A stretch of DNA of 64,000 nt from a virus (lineage: Duplodnaviria > Caudoviricetes): positions 160,001 to 224,000 of the IMG/VR virus record IMGVR_UViG_3300038679_000357. One strand, written 5' to 3'. A program made the translations under genes and the position numbers. The notes beneath the pieces were generated by a model. The model saw only the letters and a program-made list of their open reading frames with translations, did not search any database and was not told where the DNA came from. Position 1 is the first letter of the stretch, and every line of letters starts with the position of its first letter. Shown here in pieces: positions 17,001-27,700 of this stretch.

Positions 17001-19927
17001 TTTTGAGGATTATACTCTCTTACAGTAATCCTTCCGTCAAATATGTCTTTGAATTTTGAAAGAAAATCTGCTGACAGTTTAGGGGAAGACAATACGCCGT
17101 TACTCATTTTCAATAAAACAGCAGACCTTCCAGTCGATTCAAATACCGTCTTAACTTCCTTGTTTAGAGTAGATGCTGCGACAGGAACGATACCGCAATC
17201 ACACAGACGGCAAAGAACATCAATCTTTGTTTTTGCAGCTTGATAATCATCAACCAACGACCCAAACTCACTTATTACATAATTTGACCACGTACTTTGT
17301 TCCTTGGTCAAATATTCTACAGGCTTAATTACCGGAGCCTTCGCCTTTACGTTTAACTTAGACAAAGTAGACATGTCGCTAGTCACTTCAAACAAAGCGT
17401 CTTTTATGGACATTTCATTTGAGGTAATCATTTTATCGACATCGCCATTTGCACTAATGAACGAATCAAACAATCTTTTGATTTGCACATTAACAAACTC
17501 TTTTGCCCTAAATGATGACATTCCGGCTAACTCATCCTTAAACTTCCAAGCAAAAGTTTCTGGAAGGAAGAACGATTTTGCAATATTCCTTTTCTCTTCA
17601 TTAGTTTCCGTCTTCACATAGTTACTTATCGCTCTTCTGGAGAAAATATTAATATACTCTCCGACTTCTTTGTCAGACAACAGAAATGCATCAACATAAA
17701 CAATTCCAATCGAAACTGTTTCAGATATATCATTTGGCATAGCTGATTCAGTAACGATAAATATGTGAGATCGATCAAGTTTGTTATCACGAACTTTTGA
17801 ACTATAAGAATTCAACATCTCTTGAAATTTTTGGCTAATAGCCATCTCTTTCTTTTTGGTTGATGAATTTTCAACCGCTGATACCAATCCATTGCCAACC
17901 ATACTTGCGCCAGCCCCATCAATACCCTTTATTACAACAGCAGATGGAGATGAGGTGCTTTCAAGTCCATATTTTTTTCGAATACTTGATACAATTGATA
18001 AGAAATCTTTTTTCTGATTTTTAGGAATTATTTCAAGTAGTGATGACTCATTTATAACCCCACCAAAGCGAGGTACATTCAGTCCGCGCTTTATGCATTC
18101 GTCAGAAATTTCATCGTTCATCCATTGTGGATCTTTTAAATTATAGCGCAAAAGCGATCCAGAGGCGTCGTACTCACCGCCATTATCAACCGGAGTCGCC
18201 CATTCATTGGTTTCTGACATCTTCTCCATAAACTTACTTATCTCACCAATTTCCCGAAGAAGATGTTCAAGCGCACAGCTATACAACCCTGAATTTTTCC
18301 GGTCCAATTTCTTTCTTTCCTCAAGATATTTTTTTGCCTTGAGTCTCTTTACTAATGCTCGGTTGACTTGATATAAATTATTTCCGCCGCCAACATGATA
18401 TGGAATCTTATCTCTGTAATCATACAAGTCAGGAGCCCAATTCGGAAGTGGTCCGCGATTAATTTTTATTCCGTATTTCTTTTGAACCTTTAAGATATCT
18501 TCTCTATGATCTTCGTACTCCTCAGAATAAATATCTGCTCCATCTGCAATCTCAAATGTAACTTTCCCATGATTACGAGTACGCTCATTAAGACGATCAT
18601 AAAGCTTAGATCCGCTAGAGACAACAAAATTAATGTAGTCATTACCACGAACTGCTCCAGTATAATAACATGTACCATCTGGAATCGCGCCGCCACTTAA
18701 CTGCTTATGTTCAACAGGAAGTTTAGATACTCCAGGCACGCCGATACTTCTTATGGATTCTGGATGAGAAATATCATAACTACTGACAACCAAATTTATT
18801 GGAGACGTTTCTCCAATGCCTAAAGACCAGGAAGCATCAACTGTAACACTCGTTAGCTCAGACGCTCGCTCGAAAAGAGACTTACTCTTATCCATTCTTG
18901 AACTGCTACCAACGTACTCAGAAATTGCATGAGTAACTTCCAGATCATTTTCTTCTCCGTCAGCACTCATTGGTAGCTTAACGTTTCTTGCTATGTCGAG
19001 ATAATTAGGGTCTGATACATTTTTTTTAGGGCGAGCAGCTACCTTAATTAAATCTTGCGAGATTTTAGATGCAACTGTAGTGTCTGGTGAAACTCGATAC
19101 GGTAAAAAAGACTTGTCAATAGTCCCATTTATAACACTCATTTCTCTACGTACATCTGCTACAGCAGCTTGAGAAAGACCGCCAGATAATTTCCACGACT
19201 TTCTTTTTTCATTAGCCTTTGTTTCAACATCTACTATTTCAATTCCCTTGACCGACCGACAAAGATATGTATACGACATTGGATTATCTGGATTGTATAC
19301 AATATCATTGCTTCGCAAGCTTGGCATTGCTGATAAAATCAACTCCTCAGTAATCGGAGCACCTGAGCCACCCTCGGAAGCGGCGGAAAGAACTCGCTCA
19401 GCATCCTTCTTAAATTCAGATACAACCATGTTATGTGGACTAAGATGGTTAAACATGGGGGTTCCGAAAATTGATTTACTTACGGCAGCTACATTCTTCT
19501 TTTCATGGTCGGGAATATTTACTCCACTACCAACCGTAACCTCGTCAACTATCGCTTCAGAAGTGCCTTTATTTATATTTACGTCAGTGTCATGAACGGA
19601 TGAATTTATAATATACTTAACGATTGAAGCGGCTGGTTCAGAATTATATCCGGGGCAAACTATATTTATGATTTTTCTTCCACTAGAAATATTCCATTTT
19701 GCATCAGCAATACACCTGTCGTATTTACCAGTTGACACAAGTGAACGGAACTCTTCATCAGAAGAAGCCATTTTATTAAGAACGGTTCTACCTGTTTCAC
19801 TTGCCTTGGTTAATAAATCCGCTGGTATATTTAAACGGCTGGGGCGACGCTCGTCAGCATTAGCGACGACGCGCCTCCCCATAGCCTTACCAACGGACCG
19901 TCTCAGGCGTCGCTCAAAGCTACTCAT
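14048..19927 (-). CDS. Giant (1959 aa) protein with a central classical AAA+ ATPase domain
   Basis: YFLYGAAGSGKS (Walker A, ~16855-16880), VILIDE (Walker B, ~16680), FVFTSN (sensor 1), FLSRIN (Arg finger); flanks unrecognised; acidic/Pro-rich C-terminus. Confidence 0.8.
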   Translation of the reverse strand: MSSFERRLRRSVGKAMGRRVVANADERRPSRLNIPADLLTKASETGRTVLNKMASSDEEFRSLVSTGKYDRCIADAKWNISSGRKIINIVCPGYNSEPAASIVKYIINSSVHDTDVNINKGTSEAIVDEVTVGSGVNIPDHEKKNVAAVSKSIFGTPMFNHLSPHNMVVSEFKKDAERVLSAASEGGSGAPITEELILSAMPSLRSNDIVYNPDNPMSYTYLCRSVKGIEIVDVETKANEKRKSWKLSGGLSQAAVADVRREMSVINGTIDKSFLPYRVSPDTTVASKISQDLIKVAARPKKNVSDPNYLDIARNVKLPMSADGEENDLEVTHAISEYVGSSSRMDKSKSLFERASELTSVTVDASWSLGIGETSPINLVVSSYDISHPESIRSIGVPGVSKLPVEHKQLSGGAIPDGTCYYTGAVRGNDYINFVVSSGSKLYDRLNERTRNHGKVTFEIADGADIYSEEYEDHREDILKVQKKYGIKINRGPLPNWAPDLYDYRDKIPYHVGGGNNLYQVNRALVKRLKAKKYLEERKKLDRKNSGLYSCALEHLLREIGEISKFMEKMSETNEWATPVDNGGEYDASGSLLRYNLKDPQWMNDEISDECIKRGLNVPRFGGVINESSLLEIIPKNQKKDFLSIVSSIRKKYGLESTSSPSAVVIKGIDGAGASMVGNGLVSAVENSSTKKKEMAISQKFQEMLNSYSSKVRDNKLDRSHIFIVTESAMPNDISETVSIGIVYVDAFLLSDKEVGEYINIFSRRAISNYVKTETNEEKRNIAKSFFLPETFAWKFKDELAGMSSFRAKEFVNVQIKRLFDSFISANGDVDKMITSNEMSIKDALFEVTSDMSTLSKLNVKAKAPVIKPVEYLTKEQSTWSNYVISEFGSLVDDYQAAKTKIDVLCRLCDCGIVPVAASTLNKEVKTVFESTGRSAVLLKMSNGVLSSPKLSADFLSKFKDIFDGRITVREYNPQNDGTYSNSDHDRMIAVVRRQIDAERQNVSSIKRNVKTAYFLYGAAGSGKSIFADVLANSFDLRFNMCTMNEVFSAGRDTMFRGQSENNLQEFFAYCRNCRNTVILIDELNKVFEGESRMDGSMQRDINLALMQTLEEDKGLYAVNGTYFVFTSNKGPEWFSKESGASPFLSRINAIGGSYEVEVPTDFESLKKMFKTDTIVNNTVTAMTDNNVVAETIKLMIAARRSDDEKMLIDLAKKIESIAPDVMKSGFIFPKSNRDSFMSTAGFSIEPEKGKDPYLYKVNDFLDGFIEAQKIFQSMDVNMPGKNYSYLDMICHRMMEKMNWEPDSKGRVHPRTGIRDLNGFVTNMLRSHRDFLSGVSGALPLNAQNLWHAVNLSEWNTVPPEFANDPVLADQAAKVPKPRDGWMALRAISSSKDLSLPYDVFLSKEDKKYIVDCVSSGVDSMGSKAVGMISSPNGHKAGETSINVSGFKRIISSGEKLRIANSLYVVSSATGNPSALITLSTPLVSNVANGESVLVVLPGAVNENKYIMSIIDHTLSLTDGEYNSKVNEIIGVLNGKNLSGVSSCRLVSKFLSEFSRYRSELINEKNSAVSNMKGVKSPDQVALVFEKFNLCFTNIVRFVSQNKNVIKSHVPNVSDSYLRGAVKISNPRWLTTMCRRLLSVVSCGRISSLVLACSESSDISTDIDRFEEENEKKKMEVFQSKGLALGLSDFNIHTGEPTPEMISWLNSKKLKDEDIVLTKFNTVEEAKAYKNSLISGITSFIDVEDNIDKKDQVAVEKDVQDNLVDKSLPVEDETTVPVEDVSSDDVDVSVPEIPTGDFDFDEKPETYPSSSNADESSKGSKLVDTDIEKDLQEEIDREVAKLTKVKSSYIPLFSNRIRFAQQAKMTPAAPSSVPMPVAPAVSEPVKSAPVDLNQSVVKSDPKDVATDVSNTTKSAPKLQTDLWNEKFMASAYYLLNKLQEERNEVKTEVNGPYAALLHL

Positions 19928-19951
19928 CCTGGTAGGTCCCTTTTGGTTGTA

Positions 19952-22900
19952 TTATTCCAATTCGCCAGACTTGATGTACTTGTCTGATTGACGGCTTCCA
20001 ATAGTGAAATGAGAAGCTATTTTCTCAGTCAAGCTTTGCGCCTGATTCTTATTCTCTGGCATACCTTTATCTTCGATTACAACAGGAGTGGTCAAGGTAG
20101 AAGCTGTCTTCACGGTTTTGCCGGAATTCATCTTCGACGCCATTTTTTCCTGTTTATCGAGAGGCATGGTGGACAGAAGATCTACCATATCATCGTACTC
20201 AGACTCAACGATACTTCCATTGCCGAGCATGGTCGCAGCAATTTTGATCGCTTTGTCTCGTCTGGCGGTAGCAATCTTGGAACGATGTTCTTCGAGATTG
20301 GCAGTAACCCTGGTAGTCACTTCAACCTTTTCTGCGTCTTTGTGAGGAGCAGTTGCTTCTTCGCCAGAAGGAATGGAAGATTTTTCATCCCCCATCATAG
20401 CACCATCGCCCTTGCTTGGAACAACAGGTGCTTTTTCTTCGACTGGTTTCTCATCACCCATCGTCGCCTTGCCACGCGAAACGCAATCGCACTCAGATAT
20501 CGGCTTCGCTTCTCCAATAGAATCGCCAGCCGTTACAACGACTGTAATTCCATCAGAACCAGTAGAGGTTGACGAAGTGGCGATATTCCCCGTAATGGAG
20601 GTATTAATATCACCCTTTTTCTCTTCCTCTCCAAGATACTGAACCTTAACTGGGATTACGACCTCATCAGTCGATTTCGGAGCCGCTTCCTTCTCGTTGC
20701 CGAGATATCCATCGTTCTTGGCTTTCGGAATTTCCGGAGCCTTATCGGCTGGAGTAGTGTCCTTCTCCTCTCCCATCATAGCCTTACCGGATGGAATCTT
20801 TGCTTCGTCCTGCAGAAGCTTCTGAACAATCTTCTTGGTCTTCAACTTGTCAGTTTTGACCTTAACTTCATCACATGCCTTCGCCTTTTTTTCGGTTTTA
20901 GCGGTAGCGACACCATCTTCGACCTTCAAATCAGCGATGTTGGTTTCGTCGTCAGAGATCTGCTTCTCTTCGTTAGCTGTTTTCACAGCCTTACTTGGAG
21001 CAACATAACCAGCCATACGGCGCATAACACCTTTACTGAACATACCAGCAAAAGCTTCCATATAGAGGTTTTCATCTTCCTCTGTCTTGAAGCGTTCCTT
21101 GATACAAGCGCATACGTGCTTGGCGCGTTCCTCAGACAAACCGCTCTGACGTTTCTGCAACTTCACACATTCATCCATCGGATCAGCCTTGGTCTGAACT
21201 TCGCAAAGGCGCTTCATGTGCTTAACCTTATCAAGCCCGAAGGTTGAAAGCTGCTTGACAACTGTGTCAGCAAGTTTCTCTCCCTTAAACGGACCGTAGG
21301 ACACAACAGCATCTTTACCGTAGTTTTTAGCTACCCAAGCTTTAGCAGAAGCAACTGGGAATTGAGCCTTAGATGCAGACTTAATCATACGACCAAAGGC
21401 AATATCAGTTGCGAAAGCCTTCCGTGCCTTATTGCAAGATGCGCATTTACGCTTGGAAGGTTTCAAATTCCACTCAACCCTCATCTGTACGTTTTCTGGC
21501 GAATTCGTATCGATGATCAAATCACGCTGACAATGAGTTCCACAAGACGCGCATTTGGTAACATGCGAGCTTGGCTCGCCTTCCGCCGCTTGTTCGCGTC
21601 CACATCCAGGGCAAGCTACCTTGCCTTCACTGAACGCTTTAACAACGCGCCCAAATACCTGTTTATCAACCTTTACGGCTGCTGCAACAGGCATTTCCGG
21701 AAGTTCTGGCTCTTCCATACCATCTTCTTTCTTAGCGTTGTTAAACAACTCTTCAGGATTGAGGATGTCAACGTTGACGTGCATGATGTACTTCGCGCCA
21801 CAGTTATTGCAGTCGAACTGACCGGCATTCTGATCCTTACGACCAGTTTCAGTGTCATCCGCACCGCAAATCGGACAGATCGTGCCTGCCATCTTCTGCT
21901 CGTCGCCAGGAATATCTTCCTCTTCCGACACATCGTCAGTAAGAGTCTGAACGCCACCTTCTTCCGGCATAGCTTCTGGAGCCATGGCACTAGTATCTTC
22001 GGGAGCGGCTACACCGCCACCAGCATTAGGAACGCCAGGAGCACCACCGCCAAACTGAGCGGTCTTTACCTTTTTCTTTGTAGCTGCCATGCCAAGGATA
22101 TCATCAACCGACGTTTTTCCGGGAGCAGAAGCTCCTGGAGTAGACGCAGCACCCAACGCAGGAGCGGCAGGAGCTGGGGCAGGTGCTTCTGGGGCAGGGG
22201 TAGGAGCAGGGGCAGCCATGTCTTCAACACCTGCATCACCACCAAGATCTGTATCAAGGGAGGTGTCTTCCTTCACAGAAGACTTATCTCCGATAGGAAT
22301 TTCAACAGACTCTCCGCCATCAGTTTCTACGGCTATCGTAATGGTCTCACCATCAACAGTTACGTTTACCAAGCTGGCAAACTTCAAGCCACTCTGCTTA
22401 CATGCGGCACGAGCAAATTTGGACGCGATAATATTTCTATCTTCTTTAGACTCCTTACCAGTCAAACCAACCTCAGCCGCAGTCGCCTCAATCATATGAT
22501 CAGCAGCAACCACCTTATTGGACTTAATGTCAGATGCGATTGTTTTCGCTTCTTCCAATTGAGTTTTTGCACTGAAGAATGAATTGATCTGTTCAGTCAT
22601 TGAAGGTTCAAGATTCTCAGTAGGCACAGAAGCCTTGGCGATAATCTGATTAACCTTTTCTTCAACCATGTGCGAAGCGCTATTTGCAACAACCGCATGG
22701 AAGCACTCTACCAAGCACTCAGGATTCAACTCACCAGCCTTAATGGCTTCGGACGCATAAGACACGAGAGCGTCGCGAATGGTCATAGAAGACTGAGACT
22801 TGACGCCTTTTTTGCCCCAATACCCATTTCTTGATGCAAGCGTGACGATATCTTCAGATTTCGAATTATCATTCCACATTTCATAAGCAAAAGCCAATTT

Positions 22901-24799
22901 TGTACTTGACGTTCCGCCAGAGAAGGAGCAAGCTGCCTTCATAACTTGCTCTGGCGTGCTGCCACTGGCAACAACAACCTTGGCAAGAATGTCAGTGCTG
23001 GCTTCCACATGCTTTTGAATGGAAGAGGCAGAGCGAGCCCATGGAGTCTTGCTAAGCTGCTTCTCAGTTACCACGTCTTGTTCTTTGCCAACGCGATCAA
23101 CTTCCAATTGAGATTCCATAACGGCATCAGCTTCTTTACCAGTACGGGGTAGATCACCCTTATCAAGCTGCTTTTCAGTGATAACTTCAGTTGACTTTCC
23201 AGTACGGGACAAATCACCTTTTTCAAGTTGCTTTTCAGTAATGTCAGAAATGTCCTTACCATCCCTTTCTTTTTCAAGCTGTTTTTCCATTACAACATCA
23301 GCTTCTTTGCCTGTGCGAGAAGATTCGAGTTGTGCTTCGTTCGTCTCGTGGAGATCGGCACCCTTGGCTTTTGCCTCCACATTCATTCCCTTAGACATGG
23401 CTTGACCTCCACTTGTCGTTAGATCTTTATTAATAGCTTCTGTGAGATTGTTACTGAAAATTTTCAATTTCTCCTGCCAATTACCATCAAGAACTTCTTT
23501 TGTCCTCTCTCTGTCGCTTGCAGATTTAATTGGCATGCGCCTCATTTCGTCCTCCGTTTGACTCTTTTTAGGCTTGATCGGTCTGGTCAGTTGACTCTTC
23601 GCAGCCGGTCTTGTAGCTTCTTTGAAATCACTTAATGCCGAAGGAGCCGACGGAGGCTCTACAATAGGTTTTTCTGTATTTGTTGTTCCAGCAATATCAG
23701 CTTCTTGCGAAACGGGCTGGGTAGCAGGAGCGCCAGGAGCTGGAGCAGGAGCTGGAGGCGCAGACTGATCAGGAGAAACTCCAGGAACAGGCTGTCCAGA
23801 GGACTCAGGCAACTGACCATAACCAGCCTGCACTAGCTGGTCTACGAAATCCTGCAAACTTGCAAGAATTTCAACAAGATCGCTGGCAAACTCCATTTCA
23901 ACATTAGCACGATTCTGAATCAATTTAACAGAAACTTGTTCAATTGTCGTAAGACATTGATTGAGTTGTTCTACGTCTTGCTGAGAAGCATTCTTTTCAA
24001 GTGACGCGGTACGAACAACGGAAATGTTGTTGTAGCACGTAGAAGCAGCCTTAACAAGACTTTCGTACGATCCAGCAGCCTTGTCCTCACAGCCACATTG
24101 CCCAAACTCGCTGCCATCATAAATCTGATCAATCCTGCAACTCGTACACGCAGGATCGGCAACGCCACTTAGTTCAATAAAGCGCAAGTCATAATTGTGT
24201 TCAAAAACCAACTCAGCTTTAACTTCGCGAGTTTTTCCGGTTCTTACATTTTTCACAGATCCGGTAAACTTACGCCCTTTAAAGTTCTTGATATGTGAGC
24301 AATATTCGTCAACAGTTGATGCCCTATTACCACACAGCGAACATTCAGAGTAGCCGACAGACGCCCCCATACTGACGCCAGTCATATACTCTTGTTCTAT
24401 TCCACGGCACAAATTCGGATATGCGTCTCGATCAACAAACGCCACTACATAAACAGACTTCTCATCTTCAATCCATTCCGCCCATACAATCTTACCTTTT
24501 GCGCGTTCTATATTTTGATTATCATGATTAGTGAAGAATGGCACGCCAACAAATGTTTGATAACTTTTCTTCAACTCTGAAGCGGAAAAAGAGTCGCCAT
24601 TGTTATTGGGAATATCAGCCTCGATCGCCTTGGCGCGGAAAAAAAGAGCATTTTTATGCTTCTTCATTTCTGCAACGATTACATTTCTCGCTTCGTTTTC
24701 AATCCCCTTTTTAGAAGATGCTGTTCTAATGAAGCCACCTTCGTAGGATTCGACTTTGTCAATCGAAGTAAAAGAAAAACTAGCTGATTTGTTGATCAT
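19952..24799 (-). CDS. Prohead protease (HK97/assemblin-like) fused to zinc ribbons, repeats and a scaffold-like C-terminus
   Basis: PNNNGDSF, FFTNHD (catalytic His), GVSMG (catalytic Ser), CSLCG; later CPICG/CNNCG and CPGCG/CASCG; located between portal and MCP. Start set at MINKSAS (SD AGAGGGG). Confidence 0.8.
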   Translation of the reverse strand: MINKSASFSFTSIDKVESYEGGFIRTASSKKGIENEARNVIVAEMKKHKNALFFRAKAIEADIPNNNGDSFSASELKKSYQTFVGVPFFTNHDNQNIERAKGKIVWAEWIEDEKSVYVVAFVDRDAYPNLCRGIEQEYMTGVSMGASVGYSECSLCGNRASTVDEYCSHIKNFKGRKFTGSVKNVRTGKTREVKAELVFEHNYDLRFIELSGVADPACTSCRIDQIYDGSEFGQCGCEDKAAGSYESLVKAASTCYNNISVVRTASLEKNASQQDVEQLNQCLTTIEQVSVKLIQNRANVEMEFASDLVEILASLQDFVDQLVQAGYGQLPESSGQPVPGVSPDQSAPPAPAPAPGAPATQPVSQEADIAGTTNTEKPIVEPPSAPSALSDFKEATRPAAKSQLTRPIKPKKSQTEDEMRRMPIKSASDRERTKEVLDGNWQEKLKIFSNNLTEAINKDLTTSGGQAMSKGMNVEAKAKGADLHETNEAQLESSRTGKEADVVMEKQLEKERDGKDISDITEKQLEKGDLSRTGKSTEVITEKQLDKGDLPRTGKEADAVMESQLEVDRVGKEQDVVTEKQLSKTPWARSASSIQKHVEASTDILAKVVVASGSTPEQVMKAACSFSGGTSSTKLAFAYEMWNDNSKSEDIVTLASRNGYWGKKGVKSQSSMTIRDALVSYASEAIKAGELNPECLVECFHAVVANSASHMVEEKVNQIIAKASVPTENLEPSMTEQINSFFSAKTQLEEAKTIASDIKSNKVVAADHMIEATAAEVGLTGKESKEDRNIIASKFARAACKQSGLKFASLVNVTVDGETITIAVETDGGESVEIPIGDKSSVKEDTSLDTDLGGDAGVEDMAAPAPTPAPEAPAPAPAAPALGAASTPGASAPGKTSVDDILGMAATKKKVKTAQFGGGAPGVPNAGGGVAAPEDTSAMAPEAMPEEGGVQTLTDDVSEEEDIPGDEQKMAGTICPICGADDTETGRKDQNAGQFDCNNCGAKYIMHVNVDILNPEELFNNAKKEDGMEEPELPEMPVAAAVKVDKQVFGRVVKAFSEGKVACPGCGREQAAEGEPSSHVTKCASCGTHCQRDLIIDTNSPENVQMRVEWNLKPSKRKCASCNKARKAFATDIAFGRMIKSASKAQFPVASAKAWVAKNYGKDAVVSYGPFKGEKLADTVVKQLSTFGLDKVKHMKRLCEVQTKADPMDECVKLQKRQSGLSEERAKHVCACIKERFKTEEDENLYMEAFAGMFSKGVMRRMAGYVAPSKAVKTANEEKQISDDETNIADLKVEDGVATAKTEKKAKACDEVKVKTDKLKTKKIVQKLLQDEAKIPSGKAMMGEEKDTTPADKAPEIPKAKNDGYLGNEKEAAPKSTDEVVIPVKVQYLGEEEKKGDINTSITGNIATSSTSTGSDGITVVVTAGDSIGEAKPISECDCVSRGKATMGDEKPVEEKAPVVPSKGDGAMMGDEKSSIPSGEEATAPHKDAEKVEVTTRVTANLEEHRSKIATARRDKAIKIAATMLGNGSIVESEYDDMVDLLSTMPLDKQEKMASKMNSGKTVKTASTLTTPVVIEDKGMPENKNQAQSLTEKIASHFTIGSRQSDKYIKSGELE
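20380..20800 (-). repeat. Imperfect coding repeats with a (M/L)G(D/E/N)EK core in the protease/scaffold C-terminus
   Basis: KAMMGEEK, GYLGNEK, QYLGEEEK, KATMGDEK and GAMMGDEK are visible in the translation. Confidence 0.7.
23055..23345 (-). repeat. About six imperfect 15-18-aa coding repeats with an (T/M)EKQL(E/D)..R.G core
   Basis: NEAQLESSRTG, MEKQLEKERDG, TEKQLEKGDLSRTG, TEKQLDKGDLPRTG, MESQLEVDRVG, TEKQLSK. Confidence 0.85.
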
Positions 24800-27700
24800 T
24801 TTTCCCCTCTTTAGGTCCAATCATCTTTTTGATCATTCTTGTGACTTCCATGGATTCGCTCGTTTTTCCTGCTTTAGCCAGAGTAATAGAAACACCAGCC
24901 ATTCTCAATAACGCTTCCTTCATTATACTACGAACTCTTCCAGACCCGCCGAAGATATTAAATATATCCTCTTCATCTTCATCCGTTACACTAGTAGACG
25001 TCTCAGGAGGCTGTTGAGCTGTCTGTTGCGTTGCTGGCGAAACAGTTGACTGAAGAGGGATTTGCTCAACTGCCTGTTCGTCATCTTCGTATGCGTTATC
25101 ATACTCATCATCAGCAAAAAATGACTGAGGTTGAGATTCATCATCAATCTGAGTGACAACTTCTTCTCCTGTCTCTGAAACAGGAACATCGACTGTTTGA
25201 ACTTGGTCTTCCACAGAAGATTGATCTTGCCCATCCACCACAGAAGGTTGATCTTCTGTGGAAGGTTGAATTTCTACAGAAGATTGATCTTGCCCCTCCG
25301 ACATTGCTGGTATTTGTTCTTCCGCTGATTCATCCCCACTACGAGGCTCAACAGATCCAATCTCGCCATCCAAGCTTTCATTGAATGACATTCCATCTCC
25401 AACTCTATTAACAACGTCATTTTTGCCACCAGCACCTGGAATGACGCTACTTACCTCACTAGCATTGGTATTCAACGCTGTAGAAGCAACTTCATCAATA
25501 ATATTATTAATCAACCCTCTTTTCATGTCGCTGAAAATCAATCTTATTGCATCTCTTTCCGCCGACTCTTTGCAAAGTACGATTTTTGAAGTGATAGGGT
25601 AATATTCAGGATTTTCCAGTGCAGACGACATACCAGATGTCTTGAGATTACTGTAATCAGTCTCAAGACCAGTACCGATCATTAAAAACGAAATCAACGA
25701 CTCGTCACCACGACTTGGGCTAGAAAGATTAAGAGAAAGGAAATCAACAATAGGAACATGTCGTACTTCCATCTCCCCGCTCACCTCTCTTTCCACTGTA
25801 TATGTTGGTTGCTCATTCCTCCACCAAAAACCTTTTCTACTAACGACTAACGGCAATATATTATATAATATGCCTCTTGCGTCATCGATATCGCTTAACG
25901 AACGATACTGTTGGTTGACATACGAATCATTGGACGCTTCCTGAGCCCAAATGCCTCTAGTGCCACGAGACTGTAGAGACTCATTGTTGGCAAAAGAAAA
26001 ACTAACGTCACCGTCATTAGAATAACGCGCCTTTATTGGGCTTTCTCCATAAAAGCCACATGCAATAAACTTCAAAAACTCACCGTATGTAGATTCGCCA
26101 GTTATTGCCGTATCTATAATTGGCTCAAATTCAGACTCTTCATCCTTTCCTATAGAATTTTTTTGATCATTATTTATGCGATCAGGAGTTTTTCCAGAAC
26201 CTACCGACGGATCGTAATCAGGAAGAGAAAACGATGATTTTGCTACTGAAAAAGCTTGATTAACTAACTTGTTGTAATTTTTAATAGACAACGATATGTC
26301 GCCAATTCTAACTGGATAATAGACAACAGGAGTTCTTCCGCCAAGACGTCTTTCAAAATAAACGCCTGGAATAATATCTGAACCATCTTTTATTGATTTG
26401 AGCTTATCGATAGAAAATGATTTTTTTGTCTTTTTCCCACCAATAACAATTGCATCGTTCGGCAACTCAGTAATACCGCCAGTTGCCGGTGGAAAATATC
26501 CTTTTTTAACGAACAATTCACCCCCAACAACCCCATTCAAAAGCAATTCAGTTACATTAAGCCCCTCGTAATCCCCACCAATTTTTTCTTTTTCTTTTTC
26601 ACGAGTAGCAATTGCTCTAACTACAGTGCTGGAGTGAGCATCTACAAGGTGTCCACTCAGTGAGCTTGAACTTATTAGATTGTCGTCATCCGCCGTAGAC
26701 ATAAATGTAGCGCACGCTGGGTTATCTATCCTGTTTACTTTGTTTCTTCTATCGCTATATTCAGGCGAATTAAGACAATAATCAGCTATAGCCTCAAGAT
26801 CATCTATATCGATAGTATATTCAGTCTTCTTATTTTTCTCACAATGTAGTCTCAATGAATCGATTGCCGACATTGCTCCACTTGCCTGACCGCCATTTTG
26901 ATCCGAGTCTTCATGGAATACTTCTTTGCTTCCCTTGATGATATCAAGCAACAACCCACGATACACATGCGGTGAAGTAGTTTTAAGTTTCCATTCTTCC
27001 CCCATGGTATAGCGAAGGGCGAGCAATGCTCCTTTTTTAGTAAAGACAACATTTGGAGATATGGCGTCATTGCTAATAGACGGAATTATATTTGACAACA
27101 TTGAATTAGATTGCCAAAAAATACTATTGGCAGATTCATCTTGACAATATTTTTTCTTAAACTCGTCGATGGAAATGAATGAATATTCACTCCCGTCATA
27201 ATCCTCACTCAATTTATTGGCAATGTCTTCTCTGTTATTTTTACGACTAGAACTTATGACGTCTCTTACCGTCGATATCTTTGGCTTCAAAACCAGATTA
27301 GAAATCAACGAATTATCGATCGGGTCTTTTCCCGGAAGAGATAAGCGACCAAAATACCAAGAGCCAAGAGTTTCTAAAAATCTACGTACCTGTTTGCCGC
27401 TCTTCGCCTTTAAGAACTTCGTGCCTTCACGAGAATATGCCGCTGGTATTGCTTCATACAAACAACGAGAATAAATATGTTTTTGTATGCGAAATTGTTT
27501 TATGAATTCGTCGAATTGTTCTTTTGGACGAGCGTTTAAACCATCTGTAACGTTCGATTGATTGTCTGGATCAAGTAAATTTTTAGATGAAAGATAAGCC
27601 AGCATGTCTTTTTCAAGCTTACTTACCTCTTCTTCTATATTATTAACATTTGAAGAAACCATTCTTTTAGCCATTATCGACACATCAGATGGTGTCACTG

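Noticed and set aside
21362-22582. 406-aa plus-strand ORF
   Set aside because: Antisense shadow of the codon-biased protease/scaffold gene; no SD, no motifs, unnatural composition.
23055-23345. Regularly spaced DNA repeats resembling a CRISPR array
   Set aside because: Repeats are imperfect, in frame and conserved at protein level; there are no unique spacers between identical repeats and no cas genes.
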